Source: Candidatus Magasanikbacteria bacterium CG10_big_fil_rev_8_21_14_0_10_47_10
GTDB lineage: Bacteria > Patescibacteriota > Patescibacteriia > Magasanikbacterales > UBA922
Direction of reading: 5' to 3'
NCBI GenBank assembly: GCA_002773135.1
Contig: PFCB01000022.1
Location: forward strand, 7,591-71,590
DNA: 64,000 nucleotides
Shown one piece after another: positions 49,649 to 60,435 of this stretch (position 1 is its first letter; every line of letters begins with the position of its first letter). Made by a program: the position numbers and the translations under genes. The notes under the pieces were generated by a model. That model ran no database searches. It saw only the letters and a program-made list of their open reading frames with translations, and was not told the origin of the DNA.

Positions 49649-50434
49649 ATGTTTTTTCAAGTGGCAAGCGAACAAGCAAGCATTCAGCCGGAAACCATTT
49701 TTTTAGTGCGAAGTTGGCCAGTCACCAATGCAATGCTCATGGGGCTGCTTGTGACGGCTATTATTTTTATTGTCTCCATTATCATTACCTATCGCTCAAA
49801 AATTCTTCCCTCGAAATTTCAAACTGTGATTGAAATTATGGTGGAGGGTTTTTTTCATCTTGTGACGCAGATCACAGGAAGCGATGGCACGGGAAGAAAG
49901 TTGCTACCACTCATAGGTGCCATTTTTGTTTTTTTCGGCATGTCCAACTTGATCGGGCTTGTTCCGGGATTGACGTCGCTGACATTCGACGGCGTTTCGT
50001 TCCTGAGAACACCAACGAACGACTTTAATATGACCTTTAGCATTGCCCTTTCAATGGTTCTTTTGACTCAGATTGCCAGTATTCGCCATTTCGGCGTCTT
50101 TGGTCATCTGGGCAAGTACTTTAAGCTAAAGGAGCTCATTGCCGGTTTTAGGCAAGGGATTGGCGCGGGCGCTATAGCGTTCATTGAATTTTTGATAGGA
50201 CTCCTCGATATTGTGTCCGAGGTGGCAAAGGTTATTTCGCTTTCACTCCGTTTGTTTGGAAATATGTATGCCGGTGAGGTATTGGCCGCAATTTTGCTTG
50301 GTGCGTTTGCGCTTGCCATACCCTCTGTTTGGCTTGTAATGAACTTGCTTGTGGCCGTGATCCAAGCACTGGTGTTCGGAGCCCTCACAGCAGCATATTT
50401 TCAGCTGGCGGTAGCGGACAGTGAAACACAATAA
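49649..50434 (+). CDS. atpB: F0F1 ATP synthase subunit a
   Basis: Polytopic protein with the conserved Arg region (LSLRLFGNMYAGEV). Confidence 0.85.
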   Translation: MFFQVASEQASIQPETIFLVRSWPVTNAMLMGLLVTAIIFIVSIIITYRSKILPSKFQTVIEIMVEGFFHLVTQITGSDGTGRKLLPLIGAIFVFFGMSNLIGLVPGLTSLTFDGVSFLRTPTNDFNMTFSIALSMVLLTQIASIRHFGVFGHLGKYFKLKELIAGFRQGIGAGAIAFIEFLIGLLDIVSEVAKVISLSLRLFGNMYAGEVLAAILLGAFALAIPSVWLVMNLLVAVIQALVFGALTAAYFQLAVADSETQ

Positions 50435-50468
50435 CATACATTATTATTCGTTATTAATCATATATTCT

Positions 50469-50684
50469 ATGGATATTGAATCAGCACGACTGTTGGCAAA
50501 AGGAATCGCCCTTGCATCAATGTTTGGGTCAGGTATCGGAGAAGGGTACCTCATCGGTAAAGCGCTCGAAGCAATTGGAAGAAACCCAAAGCTTGAGGGT
50601 TCTATTTTTACAAAGATGTTGATCGGTGTCGCGTTGGCGGAGTCAACTGCCATTTACGCGTTTGCCGCCTTCTTTATTCTTTAA
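50469..50684 (+). CDS. atpE: F0F1 ATP synthase subunit c
   Basis: 71 aa hairpin proteolipid (GIALASMFGSGIGEGYLIGKALEAIGRNPKL...AESTAIYAF). Start at ATG 50469. Confidence 0.9.
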   Translation: MDIESARLLAKGIALASMFGSGIGEGYLIGKALEAIGRNPKLEGSIFTKMLIGVALAESTAIYAFAAFFIL

Positions 50685-50822
50685 TCACTTCCCAAATCAC
50701 TTTCCACTGATCCTGACCGCGCACTGATACAGGCAGCGTGGTCGGGGGAGGAGGAATCACAGGAAGAGTCTTCCCATGATTCCTCGTCGCTTACATTGCA
50801 GATAACATTTAGGAACCCCGCT

Positions 50823-51329
50823 ATGCAATTTCTTTTAGACATACTCGCAAAGATAGGCTTTGACTGGCACATGGCATTGTTCAATTTGATTAACTTTTTG
50901 ATTGTTTTTTGGATTCTCAAGCGCCTTGCCTTTGATCCGGTGATGAAAATAATTGATGAACGCCAACAAAAAATGAGGGATGGCATTGATAATTATCAAA
51001 AATCAAAGACAGAACTGCAAATGGCCGAGCGTAAGGCACAGGAAATTATTGACGAGGCAAAATCCGAAGGGAATAAACTTGTGGAGCGGGCGCACGACGC
51101 GGCAAAAGATACCGCCGGGCAAATGAAGGAAAAAGCGAGAGCTGAAATCAGTATGCTTGTGGAGCAAGCAAAGAAGAATATTGAAATAGACAGGCAGGAA
51201 ATGCGTGAGCAGCTTCGCAGAGACACCGTTGCCCTGGTAGCCGAGGCCGCGGAAAAGATTATCGGTGAGAAAATTGATACGCAAAAGGACGAGGCATATA
51301 TTACGAGCATTATCGAAGCCTCCGCCTGA
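50823..51329 (+). CDS. atpF: F0F1 ATP synthase subunit b
   Basis: N-terminal TM followed by a long charged helix. AGGAA sits 7 nt upstream of ATG 50823; the 50796 start is TTG. Confidence 0.8.
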   Translation: MQFLLDILAKIGFDWHMALFNLINFLIVFWILKRLAFDPVMKIIDERQQKMRDGIDNYQKSKTELQMAERKAQEIIDEAKSEGNKLVERAHDAAKDTAGQMKEKARAEISMLVEQAKKNIEIDRQEMREQLRRDTVALVAEAAEKIIGEKIDTQKDEAYITSIIEASA

Positions 51330-51330
51330 T

Positions 51331-51714
51331 ATGCCAAAGCTTATACCAATACAATACGCAAAAATTTTGTATCATCTGACCGCTGAATGCGACGACCGGA
51401 ATATTGATGCCGCGGTGGACAGATTTATGCGTTATCTGCGCGAAAATCAGGCCCTATCAAAGCTGGACTACATTTTGGATGCATTTGTGACGTATGCAAA
51501 AGAGCGGCAGGGAATTGTTTCTTTGCGCATAACATCCGCGCGGGAACTCCGTCCTGCATTTATTGAACAAATGGCGCGGCGCGTATCGGACAAGGCGGAA
51601 ACAGAGGTCGCAGTTGACCCATTGCTCATTGGCGGTCTTGTCATTCAGCATGGAAATTCGATTATAGACGCGAGCGTGAAGCATCAGCTGGACAAACTTC
51701 GACGCGCGCTCTGA
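51331..51714 (+). CDS. atpH: F0F1 ATP synthase subunit delta (OSCP)
   Basis: Position in the operon, size and a delta-like C-terminus (VDPLLIGGLVIQHGNSIIDASVK). Confidence 0.75.
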   Translation: MPKLIPIQYAKILYHLTAECDDRNIDAAVDRFMRYLRENQALSKLDYILDAFVTYAKERQGIVSLRITSARELRPAFIEQMARRVSDKAETEVAVDPLLIGGLVIQHGNSIIDASVKHQLDKLRRAL

Positions 51715-51747
51715 ATATCTTAGACTCAACGTTAATTGTTAAATGTG

Positions 51748-53244
51748 ATGGATATGTCATACACAGATCAAGTCGTTCAATCAATTCGAAAAAACCTTGA
51801 GCAGTTTACAAAGCAAGCTGATGTTCTTGAGGTTGGAACCGTTATAGAAGTGGGTGATGGTATCGCCCGCATGACAGGACTGGACAATTGCCAGGCCCAG
51901 GAAATGCTTTCGTTTGAAAATGGCGCCCTTGGGCTGGCGCTGAATCTCGAAGCGGAAACCGTTAGCGCCATTGTTTTGGGCGAATATAAAGGGATATCCG
52001 AGGGAATGACGGTTAAAAGAACCGGCAAAATCATGTCCGTGCCTGTGGGCGACGCGCTCATAGGAAGAGTTGTGGACGCGCTTGGTCAGCCCATTGATGG
52101 AAAAGGGGACCTTGCTACACAGGAGTTTTATCCTGTTGAGCGTATTGCACCCGGCGTGATGAGTCGCGAGCCTGTCAACAAACCCTTGATCACAGGCATA
52201 AAGGCCATTGACGCACTTATTCCCGTTGGACGAGGCCAGCGCGAATTGATTATCGGGGACAGACAGACGGGTAAAACGGCTATTGCTATTGATACTATTT
52301 TAAATCAAAAGGATCAGGATGTTATTTGTGTGTATGTCGCTGTTGGTCAAAAAGAGTCTAAGGTTGCGCGCATAGTGGCAAAACTTCAGGAGGAAGGCGC
52401 CATGGGGTACACCATTGTTGTATCCGCCGGAGCGAGCGAGCCGGCTCCTATGAGCTACCTTGCTCCCTATACCGGCGTCACAATGGCTGAATTTTTTGCC
52501 GACAAAGGAAAAGACGTGCTTGTTATCTACGATGATTTGACAAAGCAGGCATGGGCATATAGAGAAATGTCGCTCCTATTGCGTAGGCCGCCGGGTCGTG
52601 AGGCATATCCCGGTGATGTCTTTTATCTTCACTCTCGGCTTTTAGAGCGGGCCTGTAACCTCAATACAAAAAATGGTGGCGGCTCTATCACCGCGCTGCC
52701 CATCATAGAAACGCAAGCGGGAGATATTAGCGCCTATGTACCAACAAACGTGATTTCCATTACGGATGGGCAAATTTTTCTGGAAACTTCGCTTTTTTAC
52801 AAGGGCATCCGGCCTGCCCTCAACGTGGGCCTATCCGTATCCCGTGTAGGTGGAGCAGCGCAGACAAAACCAATGAAAAAAGTCGCCGGAAGTTTAAAGC
52901 TGGCACTGGCTCAGTTTCGTGAGCTTGAGGCATTCGCGCAGTTTAGCTCTGATCTGGACCCTGACACAAAAAAACAAATAGATAGAGGACAGCGTCTGAC
53001 AGAACTTCTCAAGCAGCCGCAATATTCTCCAATGCCCGCAGAAGAGCAAGTGCTATCAATTTACGCCGCAAGCAATGGCTATTTTGATGCTATCGACCTG
53101 AAGGAAGTGAAGGCCGCAGAGGAATCCCTTATAAAATTTGCAAGAAAAGCAAAATCCGCGCTTCTTGATAAACTTCGTGCGGGTGAATGGAGCGATGACA
53201 TTCAAAATGAACTCAAGGATACCTGCGAGCAATACGCAAAGTAA
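51748..53244 (+). CDS. atpA: F0F1 ATP synthase subunit alpha
   Basis: Walker [16 protein letters not shown] and an alpha-type C-terminus. The start could be 51748 or 51754. Confidence 0.95.
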   Translation: MDMSYTDQVVQSIRKNLEQFTKQADVLEVGTVIEVGDGIARMTGLDNCQAQEMLSFENGALGLALNLEAETVSAIVLGEYKGISEGMTVKRTGKIMSVPVGDALIGRVVDALGQPIDGKGDLATQEFYPVERIAPGVMSREPVNKPLITGIKAIDALIPVGRGQRELIIGDRQTGKTAIAIDTILNQKDQDVICVYVAVGQKESKVARIVAKLQEEGAMGYTIVVSAGASEPAPMSYLAPYTGVTMAEFFADKGKDVLVIYDDLTKQAWAYREMSLLLRRPPGREAYPGDVFYLHSRLLERACNLNTKNGGGSITALPIIETQAGDISAYVPTNVISITDGQIFLETSLFYKGIRPALNVGLSVSRVGGAAQTKPMKKVAGSLKLALAQFRELEAFAQFSSDLDPDTKKQIDRGQRLTELLKQPQYSPMPAEEQVLSIYAASNGYFDAIDLKEVKAAEESLIKFARKAKSALLDKLRAGEWSDDIQNELKDTCEQYAK

Positions 53245-53247
53245 TCT

Positions 53248-54210
53248 ATGGCAGTCTCCTCTAAAGCAATTAAGACCCGCATCAAGTCGGTCAAAAACAC
53301 TAAAAAAATTACCAAGGCAATGGAGCTTGTTTCGGCTGCAAAAATGAGAAAGGCCGTTGATGCGACACTGCAGGCGCGTTTGTACGCGACACTGGCGCAG
53401 CAGCTAATGGAACGTCTTTCAGAGCTGCAAGAGCCCAACTACCCGCTGTTTGAGCAGCGACCGGTCAAAAAGATTCTCATGATATTGATCAGCTCGAATA
53501 GGGGACTGTGCGGCAGTTTTAATGGGAATGTCATGAAGTTCGGCAAAAGGCTTTTGGAAGACAAAAAAAATCTTGCCGCTCACAGAGGTCCGGACGGACA
53601 AAGCACGCCTCCCGGTGCCGGCGATATTGACGTTGAAGTACTGGGAATTGGGCGCAAGAGCGCCGCATTTGCCAAAAAGAACGACCTCGAGCTTATTGAA
53701 GTGTACGATTCTCTTGGCGATAGTCCGGACATTGATGACGCAATTCATATCAGCAAGAACGTGACGGAAAAATTTAAAACAGGTACATACGATAAGGTAG
53801 TGGTGCTCTTTACACACTTTGCCTCCAGTCTTACGCAGACTGTCAAAGTTCGGCAGCTGTTGCCGGTCGCAAAGGCAGAGGTGGACAAATTGCTGACTGA
53901 ATTTCCGAATAAAGATCACATTGGTGAACTCGCGCCGGACAATAGGCCAATTGAAACCTATTTTCTGGAGCCGAGCAGGGACGCGATTTTTGACATTGTT
54001 ATACCCAGGCTGATCGACGTCCAAGTGTATCAGGCCCTTCTTGAATCGGCCGCGAGCGAACACAGCGCGAGGATGGTGGCCATGAAGAACGCGAGCGAGG
54101 CGGCAAGCGAGATGATTGATGCGCTGACACTGGCATTTAATAAGGCCCGTCAGGCCGCGATTACGCAAGAGATTGCGGAAATTGCAGGCGGTGCGGCGGC
54201 ATTAGAATAA
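53248..54210 (+). CDS. atpG: F0F1 ATP synthase subunit gamma
   Basis: N-terminus (IKTRIKSVKNTKKITKAMELVSAAKMRKA) and C-terminal helix typical of gamma. Confidence 0.9.
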   Translation: MAVSSKAIKTRIKSVKNTKKITKAMELVSAAKMRKAVDATLQARLYATLAQQLMERLSELQEPNYPLFEQRPVKKILMILISSNRGLCGSFNGNVMKFGKRLLEDKKNLAAHRGPDGQSTPPGAGDIDVEVLGIGRKSAAFAKKNDLELIEVYDSLGDSPDIDDAIHISKNVTEKFKTGTYDKVVVLFTHFASSLTQTVKVRQLLPVAKAEVDKLLTEFPNKDHIGELAPDNRPIETYFLEPSRDAIFDIVIPRLIDVQVYQALLESAASEHSARMVAMKNASEAASEMIDALTLAFNKARQAAITQEIAEIAGGAAALE

Positions 54211-54219
54211 TATTATTGA

Positions 54220-55617
<1,398 letters not shown>

Positions 55618-55629
55618 ACAGTACGGACC

Positions 55630-55641
55630 GGGGGGGGGGGG
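55630..55641. repeat. homopolymeric G12 tract
   Basis: 12 consecutive G residues, 18 nt upstream of the cyclophilin ATG and 13 nt after the atpD stop. Confidence 0.9.
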
Positions 55642-55658
55642 AAATTGAGTCAGAGCGT

Positions 55659-56306
55659 ATGAAAAAAATTTCTCTTTTATTCGCAATTTTCATAACCATT
55701 GGCGCCGGATGCGCAGCAACCACGCCCCCGCAAGTGCAAGGCAAAGCTGCTGACGAGCAACCGGCTGTAACCCAACAGAAACCTATGAAACGAACACGCG
55801 ACGGGCAAGAGGATCTTGCACAGCAATATGGCAAGGCAATACTGCATACCACAAAGGGCGATATTTCAGTGCAATTTTACGCCGACGAATCTCCAGTCAC
55901 GGTGAACAATTTCATGCATCTTGCGCAGGAAGGATTTTATGACGGGACAGCCTTTCACCGGGTGATAAAGGATTTCATGATCCAGGGTGGTGATCCGCTG
56001 AGCCGCGACAAAGAGTCCGGGCAGCTTCCCGGTTCCGGAGGTCCGGGATATGCATTTGAGGATGAATTCAATAACCACAGGCTTGTGCGCGGCTCCCTGG
56101 CAATGGCTAACGCAGGACCGAATACGAACGGCTCTCAATTTTTTATCGTGACAGCCGCTGAAACGCCTTGGCTGGATCGCCGTCACACCAATTTTGGAGA
56201 AGTTATCGCCGGCATGAATGTGGTGGACAGTATTGAAAATACAGCTGTTGACAGCAATGATAATCCCACCGACCCAATCGTGATTACATCAGTTGAACTG
56301 CAGTAA
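55659..56306 (+). CDS. cyclophilin-type peptidyl-prolyl cis-trans isomerase, lipoprotein form
   Basis: Lipobox (IGAGC) and a cyclophilin core (FHRVIKDFMIQGGDP...GSLAMANAGPNTNGSQFFI). Confidence 0.85.
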   Translation: MKKISLLFAIFITIGAGCAATTPPQVQGKAADEQPAVTQQKPMKRTRDGQEDLAQQYGKAILHTTKGDISVQFYADESPVTVNNFMHLAQEGFYDGTAFHRVIKDFMIQGGDPLSRDKESGQLPGSGGPGYAFEDEFNNHRLVRGSLAMANAGPNTNGSQFFIVTAAETPWLDRRHTNFGEVIAGMNVVDSIENTAVDSNDNPTDPIVITSVELQ

Positions 56307-56307
56307 T

Positions 56308-56721
56308 ATGGAATTTAAGGTAGTAACCCCCCATGGGGTGACATATAATGACACCATTGAAAAAGTAACCGTCCCAACACTGGCCGGCGCTCTTACAATA
56401 CTCGATCAGCACGCGCCGATTGTATCTGTGCTGGCCGCCGGCGAAATGGTCATACATAGGATGGACGGTTCAACAGTGGATGTCGCCGTCTCAGGCGGTA
56501 TTATGGAGATCGTCTCAAGTGGCGCAGTGTACATAATGGCCGACACGGCGGAGCGAGCCGAGGAAATTGACATTTCTCGTGCCGAGGCGGCAAAAAAGCG
56601 AGCCGAGGAACTGCTTACGCAACAAAAGAATATAGCCGATGTTGACTTCGCTCGAATTCAGGCATCCATTGAAAAGGAATTGGCCCGCATCAGTATCGGA
56701 AAAAAGTATCGTAAACTGTAG
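56308..56721 (+). CDS. atpC: F0F1 ATP synthase subunit epsilon
   Basis: Beta-sandwich N-domain (FKVVTPHGVTYNDTIEKVTVPTLAGALTILDQHAPIV) and a C-terminal helix. ATG 56308 follows the cyclophilin stop by 1 nt. Confidence 0.85.
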   Translation: MEFKVVTPHGVTYNDTIEKVTVPTLAGALTILDQHAPIVSVLAAGEMVIHRMDGSTVDVAVSGGIMEIVSSGAVYIMADTAERAEEIDISRAEAAKKRAEELLTQQKNIADVDFARIQASIEKELARISIGKKYRKL

Positions 56722-56740
56722 GTAACAACATTATCCACAT

Positions 56741-56767
56741 AAAGCCCGCGTCGGGCTTTTTTTTTTT
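56741..56767 (+). terminator. intrinsic terminator ending the atp operon
   Basis: aaagcccg-cgt-cgggcttt followed by a T10 run. Confidence 0.65.
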
Positions 56768-56829
56768 ACGCAAAACTGTGTATGATATAGATATCACTTA
56801 ACAACGCGTACTATAATCTATCATATCTA

Positions 56830-56916
56830 TGGACTGCGAACATTGTGGCGCACCAATGGACGACGGCCCTTGCATGGATTGCACCGGCTGCAACGACTGC
56901 TGCACCTGCAAGTAGA
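56830..56916 (+). CDS. putative 28-aa cysteine-rich peptide
   Basis: MDCEHCGAPMDDGPCMDCTGCNDCCTCK (9 Cys in 28 aa). GC3-rich codons. TATAAT at 56812-56817 and a terminator hairpin directly downstream. No obvious SD. Confidence 0.35.
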
Positions 56917-56920
56917 TGAA

Positions 56921-56948
56921 AAACACGAGACGATCCTCGTGTTTTTTG
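56921..56948 (+). terminator. terminator/attenuator hairpin between the Cys-rich peptide ORF and the ABC exporter
   Basis: cacgag-acgatc-ctcgtg with a flanking A4 run and a T6 run. Confidence 0.5.
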
Positions 56949-56979
56949 ATATACTGATCGCACGATATGAGCCTGTCAT

Positions 56980-58737
56980 ATGAAGCGTCACACAAAGCGA
57001 ACTCTTCAAATATACTGGGAAAGCCTGAAGGGCAAACGCGTCCTTTCTTTTTTTGTTATTCTTGGTATCGTGGCGTCATCGATATTCAATCTCGCGCCGC
57101 CATTGCTCTACAAGGAATTTTTTAACACATTGCTGGCACCCAGGGACGCGCAGACCACGCATGCTCTTGTTCAAATTATCGGATTTGTCTTTATCGTGCA
57201 CTTCATTGGATGGTTTTTTTGGCGGTTGACATCGTTTATCAAGGCACGCATTCAGATTCGCGTGCTTGGCAGACTCTTTGATCGGGTATTTAACTCTATT
57301 CACCATCACTCTGTCGGTTTTTTTAATAATACATTTGTCGGGTCACTCGTAAAGCGCGTGAATAGATTTGTATTCGCGTTCAACGAACTCACGGACACTT
57401 TCTTGTATGACTTGCTGGGAACCGGTGTTGAAATAGTGATCATAACCACTGTCCTCTTTTTTCAAAGTCCGGTATTGGGATGGATTATCCTGGGATGGTC
57501 TGTCGTCTTTATTTTCTTTAACTATTTATTTACAGTTTACAAACTTAAATTTGACATTGAGCAGTCTGCCTTGGATTCTCGGACAACCGGGCACATCGCT
57601 GATACGGTTACCAATCAAATTAATCTGAAGTTTTTCGCCTCTCTCCAATCAGAGGCAACCCTTTTTAAAAAAATACATGGTGAGCAGCTTGCAAAACGGC
57701 TTTTTCGGTGGAATCTGGAGTATACCTATGAGGCATTCCAGACATTGCTGATGATCATGCTTGAGTTTGCCATGTTTTATTACGCGATCCGGCTATGGCA
57801 GGAAGGACAAATACAGGTCGGGGACTTTGTCCTTATACAGGCGTACCTGATAACATTATTTAACCGCCTTTGGGGATTTGCGCGCGTGATCCGGAGAATC
57901 TATGAGCAGCTCGCAGACGCGGAAGAGATGACGGAAATATTGGAAACACCGCGCGAGATAAAAGATCTCAAGCGGGCCAAGGATCTTATGGTAAAAAAAG
58001 GCGCGGTGGTCTTTCGGAATGTGAATTTTTTTTACAACAAAACCCGTCCCGTACTGAAAAATTTTTCTCTTTCTCTTAAACCGGGTGAACGAGTCGCACT
58101 GGTCGGTCCGTCCGGCGCCGGGAAAAGTACTATTATCAAGCTACTCTTGCGTTTTAGTGACATTGCTCAGGGCAGCATTATCATTGACAAGCAGGATATT
58201 CGCAAGGTAACACAAGACAGTCTCCATCGCGCCATGAGTGTTGTTCCGCAGGATCCCATTCTTTTTCACCGGTCGCTTATGGACAATATTCGGTATGGGA
58301 AGCCAGGTGCGACTGATGATGAGGTGATTGAGGCGTCAAAAGCGGCGCATTGCCACGAGTTCATTGATGAATTGCCGGAACAATATGGCACCTATGTGGG
58401 TGAGCGCGGAGTAAAGCTGTCAGGAGGTGAGCGTCAACGTGTGGCTATTGCGCGCGCAATATTAAAGAACGCGCCAATTTTGGTGCTTGATGAAGCAACG
58501 TCCAGTCTGGACTCTGAGTCAGAGTTTTACATTCAGGAAGCACTGGATGTACTTATGAAAGAAAAAACAGTCATTGTGATTGCGCATCGACTATCAACCA
58601 TTATGCGCATGGACCGAATCATCCTCCTGGAAAATGGGATGATCGCGGAGCAGGGCACGCACACACAACTCCTGTCTCAACACAAAGGACGATACAGACG
58701 ATTATGGGAGCTTCAGGCCGGCGGCTTTATTACCTAG
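56980..58737 (+). CDS. ABC transporter, fused permease/ATP-binding protein (MsbA/exporter type)
   Basis: Six-TM domain followed by an NBD with Walker A GPSGAGKST, signature [14 protein letters not shown] and Walker B LVLDEATSSLD. Confidence 0.9.
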   Translation: MKRHTKRTLQIYWESLKGKRVLSFFVILGIVASSIFNLAPPLLYKEFFNTLLAPRDAQTTHALVQIIGFVFIVHFIGWFFWRLTSFIKARIQIRVLGRLFDRVFNSIHHHSVGFFNNTFVGSLVKRVNRFVFAFNELTDTFLYDLLGTGVEIVIITTVLFFQSPVLGWIILGWSVVFIFFNYLFTVYKLKFDIEQSALDSRTTGHIADTVTNQINLKFFASLQSEATLFKKIHGEQLAKRLFRWNLEYTYEAFQTLLMIMLEFAMFYYAIRLWQEGQIQVGDFVLIQAYLITLFNRLWGFARVIRRIYEQLADAEEMTEILETPREIKDLKRAKDLMVKKGAVVFRNVNFFYNKTRPVLKNFSLSLKPGERVALVGPSGAGKSTIIKLLLRFSDIAQGSIIIDKQDIRKVTQDSLHRAMSVVPQDPILFHRSLMDNIRYGKPGATDDEVIEASKAAHCHEFIDELPEQYGTYVGERGVKLSGGERQRVAIARAILKNAPILVLDEATSSLDSESEFYIQEALDVLMKEKTVIVIAHRLSTIMRMDRIILLENGMIAEQGTHTQLLSQHKGRYRRLWELQAGGFIT

Positions 58738-58743
58738 CCATCG

Positions 58744-59313
58744 ATGACTTTCGGTCCTTCTCCTTTCGTCGTTGTACCAATGCTTCTGGACAGACGCCCT
58801 CCAGATGGTATACTACATTCACTAATACTCATATCTATGGCCAAGCATCCATTCCCGGCAAAGATGTTCTTTATGCATCTTTTATCTATCGTTACCCTTT
58901 ACGCGTCAGCAATAGCGTTTATCACCGTCACGCACCAAATGGTGAACCTCTATGTACCGGATCCTTTGTTGAATTATGCGGGATTCCATGAAAATGCAGT
59001 CCAGTCACTTCGTTCCGCATTGTCGTTCTTGATCATAATGTTTCCGGTGTATGTATGGACCCTCTCATACTTGCGAAAAATCTATACAAAAGATTCCGCC
59101 ACAGCCCACAGTGGCATTCGAAAATTTTTAGTATACATGACCATGTTTGTCGCAGGTATAACAATTTTATTTTCTCTTGTGTTCCTGGTGAATAAGTTTC
59201 TGGACGGAGAGCTGACACTGAGTTTTGTTCTCAAGCTCCTGTCCATTCTAATTGTCGCCGGCTCGGTTTTTGGGTACTATACCTATGAAAATAAACAGTA
59301 TGTCACGCATTAA
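58744..59313 (+). CDS. hypothetical polytopic membrane protein
   Basis: ORF with 4-5 hydrophobic segments. The start is uncertain (58744 or the internal MAKHPF at 58837). Confidence 0.45.
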   Translation: MTFGPSPFVVVPMLLDRRPPDGILHSLILISMAKHPFPAKMFFMHLLSIVTLYASAIAFITVTHQMVNLYVPDPLLNYAGFHENAVQSLRSALSFLIIMFPVYVWTLSYLRKIYTKDSATAHSGIRKFLVYMTMFVAGITILFSLVFLVNKFLDGELTLSFVLKLLSILIVAGSVFGYYTYENKQYVTH

Positions 59314-59791
59314 AATTTTTTACGGGCTGATTATCGCAATAGTCGTTTCGGTAATAGGGTTGGGACTATACTACGCAGGATCTCCGGCCCAAGCGCGCCG
59401 CGAAGCTATTGACCGCGCAAAGGTCAGCGATCTGCAACAAATTACCTGGGCTGCACAGGATTTTGCCTTCAATAGACATACGCTTCCTGAATCACTCGAT
59501 CAGCTCCAGATGACGTCGTCAGGATACAACCTGCGCATTGCGGATCCTGAGACGGCAGAGCGATATACGTATGAAATGAATCCGGATGCTCAGTTGTACG
59601 ATCAGCAAGGATTTCGCTTGTGTGCGACTTTTCTTACAGACAGTGAAGACACGACACCCGAGCTGCGACTTGTCCCAAAGGCAGCTGTGAACGAGGACTG
59701 GACACACCCGGCAGGCTCGTATTGTTTTGACCGATATGCTGACGTTACCGCATCGCCGAATGAACCTATTCGCGTCCCAAAATTTGAGTAG
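59300..59791 (+). CDS. hypothetical protein with N-terminal TM anchor
   Basis: MSRIKIFYGLIIAIVVSVIGLGLYY... followed by a soluble domain. Overlaps the previous gene by about 14 nt. Alternative starts at 59285 and 59252. Confidence 0.4.
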   Translation: MSRIKIFYGLIIAIVVSVIGLGLYYAGSPAQARREAIDRAKVSDLQQITWAAQDFAFNRHTLPESLDQLQMTSSGYNLRIADPETAERYTYEMNPDAQLYDQQGFRLCATFLTDSEDTTPELRLVPKAAVNEDWTHPAGSYCFDRYADVTASPNEPIRVPKFE

Positions 59792-59794
59792 CCT

Positions 59795-60346
59795 ATGTAT
59801 ATTCCAATCATATTAGGTACGGGAAGAAGCGATCGCCAGTCCGAAAAGGTGGCGCACTATGTGCACGTGCGCGCCGAATCGTTCGGGCAATTTGACACGG
59901 AGCTGATTGATGTGAGGGAATATGCCGCTCAATTTACCATACCTCCATGGGAGGAAAACGCCGCGACAAAGCCCTGGCGTGACATTGCGGCCAAGGCGGA
60001 CGGTTTTATAATCGTCGCGCCGGAGTATAATCATGGTTACCCGGGCGAGCTAAAGTTGCTGCTTGATCAGGCATATGAAGAATATTTTGATAAGCCTGTG
60101 GCGCTTTGCGGTGTTTCAAGCGGTCAGTTTTCCGGGGTGCGACTTAATTTTGCCCTGCAGGATGTCTGGTTTACCATGAAAATGGTTCCTGCAGGCGCGA
60201 CTTTTTTTGGAAATGTAAAAGAGCTGTTTGATGAGCACGAAAATATTCTGGATGAAACGTATAATACGAGAATTGATGACATGCTCAAACGCCTGCTGGC
60301 GTACGCCAAAGCATTGAAGAATGTCAGAGATGATTTGTCGAAGTAG
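59795..60346 (+). CDS. NADPH-dependent FMN reductase (flavodoxin-like fold)
   Basis: IILGTGRSDRQSEKVA... and APEYNHGYPGELK motifs typical of the NAD(P)H-dependent FMN reductase family. Confidence 0.8.
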   Translation: MYIPIILGTGRSDRQSEKVAHYVHVRAESFGQFDTELIDVREYAAQFTIPPWEENAATKPWRDIAAKADGFIIVAPEYNHGYPGELKLLLDQAYEEYFDKPVALCGVSSGQFSGVRLNFALQDVWFTMKMVPAGATFFGNVKELFDEHENILDETYNTRIDDMLKRLLAYAKALKNVRDDLSK

Positions 60347-60361
60347 AATATTTTCGTGCAA

Positions 60362-60385
60362 CGACCGCCTTCGGGCGGTTTTTCA
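60362..60385 (+). terminator. intrinsic terminator
   Basis: accgcc-ttcg-ggcggt with a UUCG-type loop, followed by a T-run. Confidence 0.55.
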
Positions 60386-60435
60386 TTTTGTCAGCGCTTG
60401 TCCCGACCTCGGCACTCTGATAAAATGATTGCACT

